A stretch of 42,696 bases of DNA from Candidatus Woesearchaeota archaeon (GTDB taxonomy: Archaea; Nanobdellota; Nanobdellia; Pacearchaeales; GW2011-AR1), in the NCBI GenBank assembly GCA_964624735.1, contig CAZUXN010000003.1, positions 1-42,696 on the forward strand, read 5' to 3'. Position numbers and translations under genes: made by a program. The notes beneath the pieces are model-generated. The model was given only the letters and a program-made list of their open reading frames with translations. It had not been told where the DNA came from and did not search any database. Each line of letters starts with the position of its first letter. The stretch's first letter is position 1. Shown piece after piece: positions 9,480 through 16,719 of the stretch.

Positions 9480-9980
9480 ATGAGGAAAGAAATAAGAACG
9501 GCATTGGATTTTTTAGGAGAGATGTATCTTCCGGGTTATTTAACAGTTTGTGGACAGGGAGATTATGTTGGCAGAGACAAAGCATTTTTTGTTTTTAATC
9601 CCGTGGAACCTCAGGTCACTTTACTTTCTGATAAGTATGTGACTCCGAGGGGAACTCATATTATGGTTTCTCAAGCTTCTTATTGTTTTTTTGAGTATAT
9701 AGTTGGGCAAGAGATGTTAAATATTGAAGTTGATGGATTAAGAAATTTGGGATTTGATGGAAGACTTAAGTTAGTTGAATTTAATCAGAAATTTCGTAAA
9801 GAGATTCCTATTTCTCGGGGGTTGCAGGGAAGATTTGATTTAAAGAGATTGAGGGTTGGGACTATGCCTGTGGTTAAAATGGATTTTGATTTTGGAGGAA
9901 GAGCAATTACTGGGAGTCTTACTGCTGTGATTGTTTCGCATCCTGTTCCTCAAACAAATGTAGATATAATGAGGCGTTAA
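9480..9980 (+). CDS. hypothetical protein (possibly hot-dog fold; weak)
   Basis: The ORF is open from GTG 9465. ATG 9480 is preceded by GGAG. There is no secure family match, and the 3' end overlaps the SMC stop by 4 nt. Confidence 0.5.
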   Translation: MRKEIRTALDFLGEMYLPGYLTVCGQGDYVGRDKAFFVFNPVEPQVTLLSDKYVTPRGTHIMVSQASYCFFEYIVGQEMLNIEVDGLRNLGFDGRLKLVEFNQKFRKEIPISRGLQGRFDLKRLRVGTMPVVKMDFDFGGRAITGSLTAVIVSHPVPQTNVDIMRR

Positions 9981-12841
9981 ATTTTTAGGCTGATTATTTT
10001 AGAGATGTTTTCTTGCATGCTTACTCCATATAAATTTGAGGCTTCGGAGATTAGGGTGTCGTTGTGGGTGATGATTATGTATTGGCCGGATGTCATGTAT
10101 TTTTTGATGAGGGCGGCGAGGAGTTCGGAGTTGTGTTTGTCTAGGGCGGCGTCAATTTCGTCGAGGACGTAGAAGCAATAAGGTCTGTATTCTTGGATTG
10201 CGAAGATTAGGGAGAGGGCTACGAGTGTTTTTTCGCCGCCGGAGAGGGATGTGATGTCGAAGTATCGGCCTCGTGAAACTTTTATTAGGATGTTGAGACC
10301 GCCGTCGAATGGGTCTTTTTTGTTTTCGAGTTCGAGGAAGACGGAGCCTTTTCTTGATAGTTGTGAGAAGTTTCTTGTGAAATATTCGTTGATGGCGGTG
10401 AGTGTTATTATGAATGATTTCTTTTTCTTTTTGTCTATTTCGGTTATGATTTTTTGGATTTGTTCTTGTTCGTTTTGGATTGTTTCAACTTTTTCTTGGA
10501 TTAGTTTGACTTGTTCTCCGACAGTGTCGAAGACTTCGAGGGCGCGCATGTTTACGTTGCCTAATCTTGAGATGTTGAATTGTGCTTTTTGGAGTCGTTC
10601 TTTTAGTTGGTCGGTTGGGATTGGGAGTAATTCTATTTGTCCGAATTCTAAGAGCTCTGATTTTATTGAATCTGTTTGGGCAATGAATTGTGCTTTTTGG
10701 ATTTTGTTGTGGTTAATTTTGTCTTCGAAGTTTTTGATTGTGTGTTGTGCTCCGATGATGTCGGTTTCGATTGTTTTTTGTTTATCTTGAACTTCGTTTC
10801 TTTCGTCAAAGAATTTTTGGGCTTTTTCATATAGTGCTTGTTCTTCTATTTCTTTTTTTAGTGCTTGCTTTTCTTTATCTTGCATTGCTACTTTTATTTT
10901 TCTTAGTTCAATTTCAGATTCTTCTACGTCTCTTTCAATTGATTTGAAGTCGACGGATAGTCGGTTTATTTCTTTTCGTTTGACTGTTATTTCGGTGTCA
11001 ACGTCCATGTCTGCGAATGAGAGTTCTTGGAGGGTTAATCTTGTTTCGTCGTAGGTTTCTTCGATGTTTTTTAGTTTTTCATATTCTGATTTTATTAAAT
11101 GAAGTTTTTCGTTTGTCGATGTTAGTTCTTTTTTTGTTTCTTCTTGGTTCTCGGTGATTCGTTTTATTTGTTCTTTCTTTTCTTCGGAGTTGTTTAGTTT
11201 TATCTGGTCGATGTCTAGTTCGTTTAGTTTTACTCTTAGTGTTGATAGTTTTTCTTTGAGATGGTTTGTTTTTGCGTTGTCTTCGAGTCTTGTTTTAGAG
11301 TTTTCTTCTATTTCTTTTTTTGCTGAATCAATTCTTGAGTTTGCCGTCGTAGAGATGTTGTGCTTGTGGTCTTCTTGGACGTTTTGTTTACAGATTGGAC
11401 AGAATTTTAATTGGATGATGTCGTCTTTTAATTTCTCTTCTCTTTCTATATTCATTTCTAGAATAGCGTTTCTTTTTTCTTTTTCTAAGATTTCTTTTTC
11501 TAATTTTGATATTTGTTCAGTTGTTGTTTCGATTTTGTTTTGGGTTTCTGTTTTTAGTTTTTCGTTTTCTTCGATTGACTTTGAGTATTTTATTTCGTGG
11601 AAGAGTGAGGTGATTGTTTGTTCGATGAGTTGGACTTCTTTTGATGATTCGATTAGGAATTTTTCTTTTTGGGATTTTTGGTTTTCTATTGTTGCGAGGT
11701 CGGATTTTAAGATGTAGAATTTTCTTCTTTGTTGCTCAAGTTTGTCGAATTTTTCTTGGAGGATTTTGTGTTGTTCTTGTTGTTCTTTTATTTTTGGGGA
11801 AGGGGTTTGGATTTTTGATATTTCAAGATTTAGGTTTTCGGTTTTGTTTTTTATGTTTCGGATTTTTTCTTTTCCTTGTATTATGTGGTTGTTGAAGTTT
11901 TCGCGTCGGACTTCTAATCCTGCGAGGTCGGCTTTGAGGTCAGATATTTCTCGGTGGAGGACTTCTTGTTCGTTGCTTGTTGATGATTGGATTTGCTTGT
12001 TGATGATTAGGATTTTGTCTTGGAGCTTGTCAACTTGAATGTTTTTTTCGTGGATTATTTTTTTTAGCTTTTCTATTTCCAAATCGTAGTTAGCTATTGT
12101 TTGGTTGATTATGGAGATTTCTTTTTCTTTTTCTTTTTCTTTTTTGGAGAGGAGTGTTGCTTTGCATCTTTTGATTGTTGTTTCGAGTTTTTGGTGAGAG
12201 AGGGCTTCTTGTCTTTCTTTGTCGAGGTTTTTTAGGTAGGATGTTCTTTCTTTTAGGACGGCTGAGACTTCTTTTAGTTTTTCTTCGGTTTTTTCGAGTT
12301 CTCTCAGTGACTTGTGTTTTCGGGTTTCGTAGATTGAGATGCCGGCGACTTCTTCGATTATTTTTCGTCGGTCTTCTGGAGTTGCTTTGACGAGGGATTG
12401 GATTTCGCCTTGGAGGACTATGTTGAATCCGTTTGGGTCGACGCCTGCTTGTGCCATTAGTTCTAAGATTTCTTGTCGGGTTTTTGTTTCTCTGTTTATT
12501 TTGTAGATTGATTGTCCGGTTTTTCGTACTGTTCTTTTGATTGTGATTTCTTTTGAGTCGATGCCGAATGTTTTGTCTGAGTTATCGAAGACGAGTTCTA
12601 CGGATGCTTCGGCTGAGCCTTTGTATATTTTGTTTCCTGAGAATAGTAGGTTTGCGGCTTTTGTGGCCCTTATGCTTTTTATTGAAAGTCTTCCGAGAAC
12701 GAAGCAGAGGGCGTCGGTGATGTTTGATTTTCCGGAGCCGTTTGGTCCGACGATTACGTTCATTGCGTTTTCGAAGGGAATTTCAGTTTTTCGTGCGAAG
12801 GATTTGAATCCGTGCATCACCATTTTTTTTATGTAGGTCAT
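9977..12841 (-). CDS. smc: SMC-family chromosome-organising ATPase with a central CxxC zinc-hook-like motif and no hinge
   Basis: Walker A GPNGSGKSN, FNIVLQGEI, signature LSGGEKTLVALSLIFAIQ, Walker B FYVLDEIDAALD, and about 700 aa of K/E-rich coiled coil. CPIC lies at aa 481-484 of 954. Confidence 0.9.
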   Translation of the reverse strand: MTYIKKMVMHGFKSFARKTEIPFENAMNVIVGPNGSGKSNITDALCFVLGRLSIKSIRATKAANLLFSGNKIYKGSAEASVELVFDNSDKTFGIDSKEITIKRTVRKTGQSIYKINRETKTRQEILELMAQAGVDPNGFNIVLQGEIQSLVKATPEDRRKIIEEVAGISIYETRKHKSLRELEKTEEKLKEVSAVLKERTSYLKNLDKERQEALSHQKLETTIKRCKATLLSKKEKEKEKEISIINQTIANYDLEIEKLKKIIHEKNIQVDKLQDKILIINKQIQSSTSNEQEVLHREISDLKADLAGLEVRRENFNNHIIQGKEKIRNIKNKTENLNLEISKIQTPSPKIKEQQEQHKILQEKFDKLEQQRRKFYILKSDLATIENQKSQKEKFLIESSKEVQLIEQTITSLFHEIKYSKSIEENEKLKTETQNKIETTTEQISKLEKEILEKEKRNAILEMNIEREEKLKDDIIQLKFCPICKQNVQEDHKHNISTTANSRIDSAKKEIEENSKTRLEDNAKTNHLKEKLSTLRVKLNELDIDQIKLNNSEEKKEQIKRITENQEETKKELTSTNEKLHLIKSEYEKLKNIEETYDETRLTLQELSFADMDVDTEITVKRKEINRLSVDFKSIERDVEESEIELRKIKVAMQDKEKQALKKEIEEQALYEKAQKFFDERNEVQDKQKTIETDIIGAQHTIKNFEDKINHNKIQKAQFIAQTDSIKSELLEFGQIELLPIPTDQLKERLQKAQFNISRLGNVNMRALEVFDTVGEQVKLIQEKVETIQNEQEQIQKIITEIDKKKKKSFIITLTAINEYFTRNFSQLSRKGSVFLELENKKDPFDGGLNILIKVSRGRYFDITSLSGGEKTLVALSLIFAIQEYRPYCFYVLDEIDAALDKHNSELLAALIKKYMTSGQYIIITHNDTLISEASNLYGVSMQENISKIISLKI

Positions 12842-12844
12842 TGT

Positions 12845-12879
12845 TTAGGTATTAGGCTTTAGGTATTAGGTGTTAGGAA
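12845..12879 (+). repeat. intergenic 5x 7-nt array TTAGGTA/TTAGGCT/TTAGGTA/TTAGGTG/TTAGGAA
   Basis: Read directly. It starts 4 nt beyond the SMC start codon, in the divergent SMC/Nudix intergenic region. Confidence 0.9.
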
Positions 12880-12913
12880 AGTTGGTTTTTAAGAGTTGTT
12901 GAGTATAATAATT

Positions 12914-12921
12914 TTTATAAA
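12914..12921 (+). promoter_or_regulatory. TATA box TTTATAAA
   Basis: Ends 22 nt before ATG 12943. This favours 12943 over the GTG at 12922. Confidence 0.55.
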
Positions 12922-12942
12922 GTGTTGGTTGTGTGCGTTGAT

Positions 12943-13335
12943 ATGAAAATTGTTGTTGGTGCCGCGATTATTAAGAAGGGCAAGCTTTTGCTTGGGAGAA
13001 AGGGGAATTATTGGATATTTCCCGGCGGGAAGATGGCAGATGTTGATGAGGGAGATGATATAAAATGTCTTTGCAGAGAAGTTGAGGAGGAATTCTCTGG
13101 TACAAAATTGAGGGATGTTATTTATTATAATACATTTGTCAGACAAGCGATTCGTGGCTGGAGCGAAGTGGAAGAAAGAGTTTATCTTGCTAATATTGAT
13201 GGCAAGTTGTGTGGGGTCCGGGAAGGTGATTCTATCTTGGAAGCCAGATGGATTGATGATTTTTCCACTTATAATTTTTCTGAAATTACTTCGATGATTA
13301 TTGATTCGTTGAAAAAGGATGGGTATTTAAAATAA
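12943..13335 (+). CDS. Nudix hydrolase
   Basis: Nudix box GGKMADVDEGDDIKCLCREVEEEFSG (GX5EX7REVXEEXG). Confidence 0.85.
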   Translation: MKIVVGAAIIKKGKLLLGRKGNYWIFPGGKMADVDEGDDIKCLCREVEEEFSGTKLRDVIYYNTFVRQAIRGWSEVEERVYLANIDGKLCGVREGDSILEARWIDDFSTYNFSEITSMIIDSLKKDGYLK

Positions 13336-13980
13336 TTTTTGTTGCTTCTCTTCTCTGAGCTTCTTGATAGTATTCCACGAAAATCTAATCAAGTTTTTGT
13401 ATTTTGGGTTGTTGAAGTTTTCTTTGACGAATTTTATTGTTTTGGGGTCGGCGGGGTAGCCGGAGCCGAAGTCGGTTTTGAGTTGGAGTTTTAGTTTGTG
13501 GATTTCGTCTTCTCGTTTTTCTTTGGCCAGGATTGAGGCAGCGGAGACTACTGGGTGATTTAGGTCGGCTTTGTGTTCGGCTGAGATGGTTATTAGTTTT
13601 TGGTCATTGGTTATTAATTTTTGGACGTCGGTTGTCCAGGATTTGATGTTTACCGAGGGGCAGTCGATTATTACTTTGATTTTTTCGTTTAAGTTTTTCG
13701 TCAGGTGGTTGATTATTTTTGCGGCTTTTTCTGCTTCTAATAGATTTAGGTTTTTGTGTGCGTCGATTTCTTGTGGGGTTGAGAGTTCGATGTGGTGTTG
13801 AAATTGGTTTGATATTTTTTGAGCTATTTCTTTTCTTATGTTTGGGGTTAGGAGCTTGGAGTCTTTTGCTCCCCATTTTTTTATTATTTGTTCGTCTGAT
13901 TTTTTAATTAGGATGCCGGCGAGAATCATTGGGCCGAGAACGGGGCCGCGTCCGGCGTCATCTATTCCGAGGAGTTTCAT
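13327..13980 (-). CDS. rnhB: ribonuclease HII
   Basis: MKLLGIDDAGRGPVLGPM, GAKDSKLL and VSAASILAK are RNase HII catalytic blocks. Length 217 aa. Confidence 0.9.
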   Translation of the reverse strand: MKLLGIDDAGRGPVLGPMILAGILIKKSDEQIIKKWGAKDSKLLTPNIRKEIAQKISNQFQHHIELSTPQEIDAHKNLNLLEAEKAAKIINHLTKNLNEKIKVIIDCPSVNIKSWTTDVQKLITNDQKLITISAEHKADLNHPVVSAASILAKEKREDEIHKLKLQLKTDFGSGYPADPKTIKFVKENFNNPKYKNLIRFSWNTIKKLREEKQQKLF

Positions 13981-14001
13981 AAAGTATAAAGAAGAGAAAG
14001 C

Positions 14002-14009
14002 TTTATAAT
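14002..14009. promoter_or_regulatory. shared bidirectional TATA box TTTATAAT
   Basis: Lies 22 nt from the rnhB ATG (13980, minus strand) and 24 nt from the tRNA 5' end (14033, plus strand). Confidence 0.5.
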
Positions 14010-14032
14010 GGTTTTGAGATAGGTTGGTTTGT

Positions 14033-14149
14033 AGCGGGGTGGAGCAGTCTGGTCAGCTCGGCAGGCCCATAAGTAAACCATAGGTTTTCATTCCTATGCG
14101 TTCGCCTAGGAAACCTGCAGGTCACGTGGTTCAAATCCCGTCCCCGCTA
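14033..14149 (+). tRNA. tRNA with CAU anticodon (Met, or Ile2 if C34 is modified) carrying a ~41-nt intron
   Basis: Acceptor AGCGGGG/CCCCGCT, D arm GAGC..GCTC, anticodon stem GCAGG/CCTGC, loop CCCATAA with CAT at 14068-14070. Intron about 14072-14112 at the canonical 37/38 site, with internal hairpin CATAGG/CCTATG. The T arm needs a bulged U (ACG-U-GG/CCCGT). Confidence 0.8.
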
Positions 14150-14151
14150 TT

Positions 14152-14400
14152 TTAGTAAATTATTCTTTGGATTAGAAGTAGTGCCCACATCGTCGCGTTG
14201 AATGCACAGATGATTCCCGAGAAAATTAAGTTGAGGGATAAGAATGCGACGGAAGATGCGAAGATGCCGATTGTTGTGAGCGCGGAGGTTTGTGTTGTTA
14301 TTGTGGTTTTTTTGTGCTTGAATCCGTGATAGACTTGCGGGACAAGTGCGTAGCTAAATATTAGATTTGCTATTGTTAGGGTTATATCTTGCCAAATCAT
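14152..14400 (-). CDS. PQ-loop / SemiSWEET-like 3-TM mini-transporter
   Basis: 82 aa, 3 hydrophobic helices, LVPQVYHGFKHKK after TM1. The ATG lies 1 nt downstream of the tRNA-Leu 3' end. Confidence 0.55.
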   Translation of the reverse strand: MIWQDITLTIANLIFSYALVPQVYHGFKHKKTTITTQTSALTTIGIFASSVAFLSLNLIFSGIICAFNATMWALLLIQRIIY

Positions 14401-14401
14401 A

Positions 14402-14486
14402 TGTGGGGAGGAGGATTCGAACCCCCGTAAGCAATAAAGCTACAGCCGCTTAAAGGCTGCCCGTTTGGCCGCTCCGGCATCCCCAC
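14402..14486 (-). tRNA. tRNA-Leu (UAA), class II
   Basis: The reverse complement GTGGGGATGCCGGAGCGGCCAAACGGGCAGCCTTTAAGCGGCTGTAGCTTTATTGCTTACGGGGGTTCGAATCCTCCTCCCCACA folds as a cloverleaf with a long variable arm. Anticodon loop TTTAAGC. Confidence 0.9.
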
Positions 14487-14509
14487 GTGTATTCGTGAGT
14501 TTGGAATTA

Positions 14510-14517
14510 CTTATAAA
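14510..14517 (-). promoter_or_regulatory. TATA box (minus-strand TTTATAAG) for tRNA-Leu
   Basis: Lies 24 nt upstream of the tRNA-Leu 5' end at 14486. Confidence 0.5.
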
Positions 14518-14533
14518 GTTTTATATATATATA

Positions 14534-14606
14534 AGCCTCCGGCCGGCTTCAAACCGACGACCTTTTGATTACGAATCAAATGCTCTATCAACTGAGCTAC
14601 GGAGGC
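14534..14606 (-). tRNA. tRNA-Thr (CGU)
   Basis: The reverse complement GCCTCCGTAGCTCAGTTGATAGAGCATTTGATTCGTAATCAAAAGGTCGTCGGTTTGAAGCCGGCCGGAGGCT gives a 73-nt cloverleaf. Anticodon loop TTCGTAA. Confidence 0.9.
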
Positions 14607-14628
14607 TTGGATTTTTGAGGTGGGTTAA

Positions 14629-14638
14629 TTTTATAAAA
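14629..14638. promoter_or_regulatory. perfectly palindromic shared TATA box TTTTATAAAA
   Basis: Lies 23 nt from the tRNA-Thr 5' end (14606, minus strand) and 21 nt from ATG 14659 (plus strand). Confidence 0.55.
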
Positions 14639-14658
14639 GCTTTTGTTTAGGATTGGAA

Positions 14659-14862
14659 ATGGATGGGTTTGATTTGACTAGATTTCAGGAGGAAGGGGAG
14701 GATAGAGATAAGATTCGGAAGATTATGGGGCGAGTTTTGTCGGGGAGGAGTGATTATGAGATTGTGGAGGATGAGAAGGTTGAGAAGGTTTTGAAGTGTG
14801 GGTGTGGTTGGCCGATTGAGGCTGGGGCGAAGTTTTGTTCGGAGTGTGGGGCGAGGTGTTAG
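14659..14862 (+). CDS. small zinc-ribbon protein
   Basis: 67 aa with C-terminal CGCGWPIEAGAKFCSECGARC (CxC..CxxC). The start is set by TATA spacing; the ORF track starts at TTG 14653. Confidence 0.5.
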   Translation: MDGFDLTRFQEEGEDRDKIRKIMGRVLSGRSDYEIVEDEKVEKVLKCGCGWPIEAGAKFCSECGARC

Positions 14863-14892
14863 ATTTAAAACTAAATATTTCTATATGTTTAT

Positions 14893-16686
14893 ATGAGATT
14901 GGCGATTGTTCATAAGGAGAAATGTAAACCGGCAGGATGTGGGCGTGAGTGCAAGAAGTATTGTCCGGTTGAGAAAAAGGAGTTGGATAGTTGCGTGCGT
15001 GTGCGCACGAGTGGGTCGCCGGTCGCCAGTCGCCGGTCGCAGGAAGGGGGGAAAGAAGAAGAGAGTTGGGATGGGGCGAGGATTGATGAGAAGAATTGTG
15101 TTGGGTGTGCGATTTGTGTGAAGCGGTGTCCGTTTGGGGCGATTGATATTGTGAATTTGCCATCGGTGAGCGAAGGTGATTTGGTTTATCGTTATGGCGA
15201 GAATGGGTTTGCTTTGTATGGGTTGCCTATTCCTAAATCTGGGAAGGTTTTGGGATTGTTGGGTCGGAATGGGATTGGGAAGTCGACTGCTATTGAGATT
15301 TTGGCTGGGAAGATTGATGTTGATGTTTCGAAGTTTAAGAGGGGTGAATTGCAGAAATTTTTTTCAAAAATTTTAGCCAGTCGCCAGTCGCTAGTCGCCA
15401 GTCGGGTTAGTTATAAGCCGCAGAATTTGTCGGGGTTGTCGAAGGATGTCGGAGTTATGGAGTTACTGAAACAGAGAGGGAGCGAGGTGGAGATTAAGAT
15501 GTTGGCGAAGAGGTTGAATGTTGAGAATGTTCTTTCTAATAAGATGAATAAGTTGTCGGGTGGGGAGTTGCAGAGGGTTGCGATTTTGGCGGCTTCGCTT
15601 GGTAATGCTGATATTTATTTTTTCGATGAGCCGTTGGCGTTTTTGGATATTAGTGAGAGGCTTCGTGTTAGTGATTTTATTAAGGAGATTGGAAAAGATA
15701 GGACGGTGATTGTTGTTGAGCATGATTTGTTGGTTCTGGATTATTTGACGGATTATTTGAATGTGTTTTATGGGGGACAGGGGGCGTTTGGGATGGTGTC
15801 GGGGATTAAGAGTTCTAAGGAGGGTGTTAATGCTTATTTGAGGGGGTTTTTGAAAGAAGAGAATTTGAGAATTAGGGACAAGGCGTTGAGTTTTAATTTT
15901 ACGAAAAATGTTGCGGTGTTGGGAAAGAAGATTGCGGAGTGGCCTGATTTTAGTTTGAGTTTTGATAGTGGTTTTGAGTTGAGTGTTAGTGGCGGAGAGA
16001 TTAGAGAGAATCATGTGATTGGGATTTTGGGGAAGAATGGGACGGGGAAAACGTCATTCATTCGAGCTCTTGTGGGAGAACTTGAAGTTCGCAAGTCGCA
16101 AGTCGCAAGTCGCAAGTCGCGATTTGATTTGGGGTTGGATGTTAGTTATAAGTCACAGTATTTGTTTAGTGAGAGCGAGGAGTTTGTTCGGGATATTATT
16201 TTTAAAGAGAAGATAAATAAGAAATTGTCGTCGGTGTTTAATCTTGGGGTTTTGGTTGGAAAGAAATTGAAGGAGTTGTCGGGTGGTGAGTTGCAGAGAT
16301 TTAGTGTTGCGAGGTGCTTGGCGAAAGATGCAGATGTTTATTTTTTCGATGAGCCGTCGGCTTATCTGGATGTTGAGGAAAGGATTGTTGTTGCAAAGGT
16401 GATTAAGGATATTATGATAGAGAAGGAAAAGACTGCGTTTGTTGTTGACCATGATTTGCTTCTTGTTTCTTATTTGGCTGATTCGATTATTAATTTTTCG
16501 GGCGAGTCCGGAGTTTATGGAGAGGCGAGCGGGATTAGGAATTTTGAGGATGGAGTTGGCGAGTTGTTGAAGAGTTTGGATGTTACGTTGAGGAAAGATA
16601 GGGAGAGTGGGCGTCCTCGGATTAACAAGAGATGGTCGGTGCTTGATAGGGAGCAGAAGGCGAAAGGGAAGTGGGCGGTGTTTTAA
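14893..16686 (+). CDS. abce1: ABCE1 / RNase L inhibitor-type ribosome-recycling ATPase
   Basis: N-terminal Fe-S Cys clusters CKPAGCGRECKKYCP and CVGCAICVKRCP. Two NBDs with Walker A GRNGIGKST and GKNGTGKTS, and signature LSGGELQR twice. Contains three in-frame repeat inserts. Confidence 0.95.
   Translation: MRLAIVHKEKCKPAGCGRECKKYCPVEKKELDSCVRVRTSGSPVASRRSQEGGKEEESWDGARIDEKNCVGCAICVKRCPFGAIDIVNLPSVSEGDLVYRYGENGFALYGLPIPKSGKVLGLLGRNGIGKSTAIEILAGKIDVDVSKFKRGELQKFFSKILASRQSLVASRVSYKPQNLSGLSKDVGVMELLKQRGSEVEIKMLAKRLNVENVLSNKMNKLSGGELQRVAILAASLGNADIYFFDEPLAFLDISERLRVSDFIKEIGKDRTVIVVEHDLLVLDYLTDYLNVFYGGQGAFGMVSGIKSSKEGVNAYLRGFLKEENLRIRDKALSFNFTKNVAVLGKKIAEWPDFSLSFDSGFELSVSGGEIRENHVIGILGKNGTGKTSFIRALVGELEVRKSQVASRKSRFDLGLDVSYKSQYLFSESEEFVRDIIFKEKINKKLSSVFNLGVLVGKKLKELSGGELQRFSVARCLAKDADVYFFDEPSAYLDVEERIVVAKVIKDIMIEKEKTAFVVDHDLLLVSYLADSIINFSGESGVYGEASGIRNFEDGVGELLKSLDVTLRKDRESGRPRINKRWSVLDREQKAKGKWAVF
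14994..15042 (+). repeat. hairpin CGTGCG-TGTG-CGCACG (14994-15009) followed by a 4x 7-nt array GTCGCCG/GTCGCCA/GTCGCCG/GTCGCAG (15015-15042)
   Basis: Read directly. It encodes ..CVRVRTSGSPVASRRSQ.. between the two Fe-S Cys clusters of ABCE1. Confidence 0.9.
15376..15405 (+). repeat. ~4x 7-nt array GCCAGTC/GCCAGTC/GCTAGTC/GCCAGTC in ABCE1 NBD1
   Basis: Encodes ASRQSLVASR immediately before VSYKPQ. An AT-only 8-bp hairpin (15355-15373) lies just upstream but is probably native sequence. Confidence 0.9.
16078..16120 (+). repeat. palindrome GAACTT-G-AAGTTC (16078-16090) running into a 4x AAGTCGC array (16093-16120) in ABCE1 NBD2
   Basis: Encodes GELEVRKSQVASRKSR, a few codons before VSYKSQ. This is the loop equivalent to the NBD1 array site. 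Confidence 0.9.
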
Positions 16687-16691
16687 GAAGA

Positions 16692-16699
16692 TTTATAAG
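16692..16699 (+). promoter_or_regulatory. TATA box TTTATAAG
   Basis: Ends 21 nt before ATG 16720. Confidence 0.5.
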
Positions 16700-16719
16700 T
16701 CGTGTGATTATATTTTTTT

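Noticed and set aside
12845-12879. TTAGG-type (12845-12879) and TTAGGG x2 (23971-23982) units resembling telomere repeats.
   Set aside because: There are only 2-5 copies, they are internal to a gene-dense chromosome segment, and they belong to the same heterogeneous 6/7-nt array family. Nothing suggests a chromosome end.
14465-14650. A 61-aa ORF on the + strand, and the ORF at 34156-34368.
   Set aside because: They lie across tRNA-Leu/tRNA-Thr and tRNA-Ser respectively, on the opposite strand, so they are spurious.
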